From contig JAVRCV020000043.1 of assembly GCA_034530615.2 (NCBI GenBank), positions 42,404 to 106,403 on the forward strand: a stretch of 64,000 nt of DNA, given 5' to 3'. Origin of the DNA: Aulosira sp. ZfuVER01 (GTDB lineage: Bacteria > Cyanobacteriota > Cyanobacteriia > Cyanobacteriales > Nostocaceae). Position numbers and translations under genes: made by a program. Positions 62,583-64,000 of this stretch are shown one piece after another (within the stretch, counting starts at the first letter, position 1; the number at the start of each line of letters is the position of its first letter). The notes below the pieces were generated by a model. The model was given only the letters and a program-made list of their open reading frames with translations, did not search any database and was not told the origin of the DNA.

Positions 62583-62894
62583 ATGAATATCAAAGAAATC
62601 CTACTTCAAGAAATTGAATCATCTCCAGAGTCACTCCTAGAAGAAACTCTTGATTTTCTACGTTTTTTGAAAACTAAGCAAACATCAGTAAAAAAAGATA
62701 TCCATTCTCAAGATATTAAGCCAGAAACAGCAAGTTCCGATACCCTACATCAAGCAGAGGAAAAACCAAAAGACAGTTCTCAACAACCTTACCGTACAGC
62801 TTCCGGTCGCTCCATTCTCAGACACGCAGGTAGTTGGGCAGGTGATGACTTTGATGAGTGTCTTCAGTCTGTTTACGCGACTCGTATTGATTAG
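62583..62894 (+). CDS. DUF2281-like (antitoxin-type) protein
   Basis: LLQEIESSPESLLEETLDFLRFLK and HAGSWAGDDF motifs. Confidence 0.75.
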   Translation: MNIKEILLQEIESSPESLLEETLDFLRFLKTKQTSVKKDIHSQDIKPETASSDTLHQAEEKPKDSSQQPYRTASGRSILRHAGSWAGDDFDECLQSVYATRID

Positions 62895-62920
62895 GAGCGG
62901 TTATCGATCCTCTTGTGCTT

Positions 62921-62953
62921 CCTCACAAGTTCCTCAAGTTTTTTGCCTAACTT
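62921..62953 (+). promoter_or_regulatory. Direct-repeat motif plus -10-like hexamer (hoxW-hypA)
   Basis: CCTCACAAGTTCCTCAA-N10-TAACTT. Confidence 0.75.
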
Positions 62954-62980
62954 GATAATAGGGCTGGGCAGGTAAAGATA

Positions 62981-63424
62981 ATGGGCAATATAGTAGCTAT
63001 CGGTTACGGCAACGATTTACGCAGTGATGATGGCATTGGACAACGGGTAGCTAATACGTTGCAGTTATCGAATGTGAAATCTTTGGCTGTTCACCAACTT
63101 ACCCCAGAACTGGCGGAAATTTTAGCAAACGCTGATTTAGCAATTTTTATTGATGCTTGTTTAACTTCCGAAAGTTCCGAAGTGCAAGTACGATCGCTCT
63201 CACCAAACTCTTCCAACATTATTACAGGACATACCGCCGATCCGCGATCACTCTTAGCTCTAACTCAAGTCCTTTACGGTTATTGTCCAACCGCTTGGTG
63301 GGTGATTGTCCCTGGAGAAGATTTTACCGTAGGCGATTGCTTATCACCAATTGCCGAACAAGGAGTTGCGATCGCTCTAGAAAAAATCGCCCAAATTATC
63401 AACCCAGGTAAAATATATGAATGA
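62981..63424 (+). CDS. hoxW: Hydrogenase maturation protease HoxW
   Basis: GYGNDLRSDDGIG, HQL (HOXBOX) and IFIDA motifs; downstream of hoxH. Confidence 0.88.
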   Translation: MGNIVAIGYGNDLRSDDGIGQRVANTLQLSNVKSLAVHQLTPELAEILANADLAIFIDACLTSESSEVQVRSLSPNSSNIITGHTADPRSLLALTQVLYGYCPTAWWVIVPGEDFTVGDCLSPIAEQGVAIALEKIAQIINPGKIYE

Positions 63425-63758
63425 AGTTGCACTAATGCAAAACATTGTAGACTCTGCTGTAGAGCGAGCTAAACAAGACGGCGCTCACCACATTTACACA
63501 ATCGAAATGCGTGTAGGTACAGAAGCAGGTGTAACACCAGAGTCTTTAGAAAAGGCTTTCGATGTTGTCAAAAAAGGAACAATAGCAGACATGGCAAAAC
63601 TCCAAGTTGATTATGTTACTGCTGTCTGTTATTGCGCCAACTGCAAAATTGAATTTCAACCTACCGACTCACGTTATGAATGCCCAGAGTGCCATCAACC
63701 ATATTGTGAAGTTCGCAAAGGTACGGAATTGGAACTTGCTTCATTAGATGTTTCGTGA
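63417..63758 (+). CDS. hypA: HypA-family nickel metallochaperone (atypical MNE N-terminus)
   Basis: 113 aa; CANC...CPEC zinc site; GTELEL C-terminus; overlaps hoxW. Confidence 0.85.
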   Translation: MNEVALMQNIVDSAVERAKQDGAHHIYTIEMRVGTEAGVTPESLEKAFDVVKKGTIADMAKLQVDYVTAVCYCANCKIEFQPTDSRYECPECHQPYCEVRKGTELELASLDVS

Positions 63759-63819
63759 GCAGAAGCCTTACTGAAACGTCCGTCTTGAAAATAAGGCAGG
63801 GGGCAGAAGGGATAATAGG

Positions 63820-64000
63820 AATTGAGTACTCCGAAATAGCAAATGTAGTATCCGAAATGGCAATTGTAGTGTCAAAAACAGCAAATGTAGTATGCAAAAT
63901 AGCAATTGAGTACTCCGAAACAGCAAATGTAGTATGCAAAACAGCAATTGAGTACTCCGAAATAGCAAATGTAGTATCCGAAATGGCAATTGTAGTGTCA
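63820..64000. repeat. 21-bp tandem repeat array, runs off the window end
   Basis: At least 8.6 units such as AATTGAGTACTCCGAAATAGC and AAATGTAGTATCCGAAATGGC. Confidence 0.92.

Noticed and set aside
1152..63989. Many short ORFs antisense to or overlapping clear genes (e.g. 1152-1466, 18979-19395, 27377-27757, 51833-52240, 55734-55970)
   Set aside because: Shadow frames or repeat-derived, with no recognisable motifs
63820..64000. Possible CRISPR array
   Set aside because: Contiguous 21-bp units with no unique spacers, and no cas genes in the window
1..64000. Abundant GCGATCGC octamers
   Set aside because: HIP1 is a well-known cyanobacterial feature; used only as a taxonomic clue
1..64000. 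tRNA or rRNA genes
   Set aside because: None recognised by inspection; tRNAscan-SE/Infernal would be needed to exclude them

Overview
Chromosomal window from a filamentous cyanobacterium, most likely Nostocales (dense HIP1 GCGATCGC sites, STRR heptamer repeats, Anabaena-like sigC-furA-peptidoglycan-binding protein-cobN-cikA order). Positions 1-39 kb are mostly housekeeping genes (hemA, glpX, grxC, tadA, bolA, grxD, sigC, furA, cobN, cikA, nanE, ackA, ftsH, uvsE) with IS remnants and small dispersed repeats. Positions 39-64 kb hold an expanded bidirectional [NiFe]-hydrogenase locus (hoxEF ... hoxU, hoxY, hoxH, hoxW, hypA) split by about 11 kb of accessory genes. The strongest unexplained signal is a 17-bp direct-repeat motif, CYTCACAAKYTCCTCAA. 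It occurs five times, always exactly 10 bp upstream of a TA-starting -10-like hexamer, in front of hoxE, hoxU, hoxW-hypA, a DUF4342 gene and a divergent GerMN/P-type ATPase cluster, which suggests an uncharacterised hydrogenase regulon. Other notable items: a protein with six Cx2C-x13-Cx2C repeats after hoxF, a four-hydrolase cassette inside the hox locus, a HypA lacking its nickel-binding His2, and an orphan IS605/TnpB right-end (omega-RNA-like) fragment. All calls come from reading the sequence; no database searches were run.
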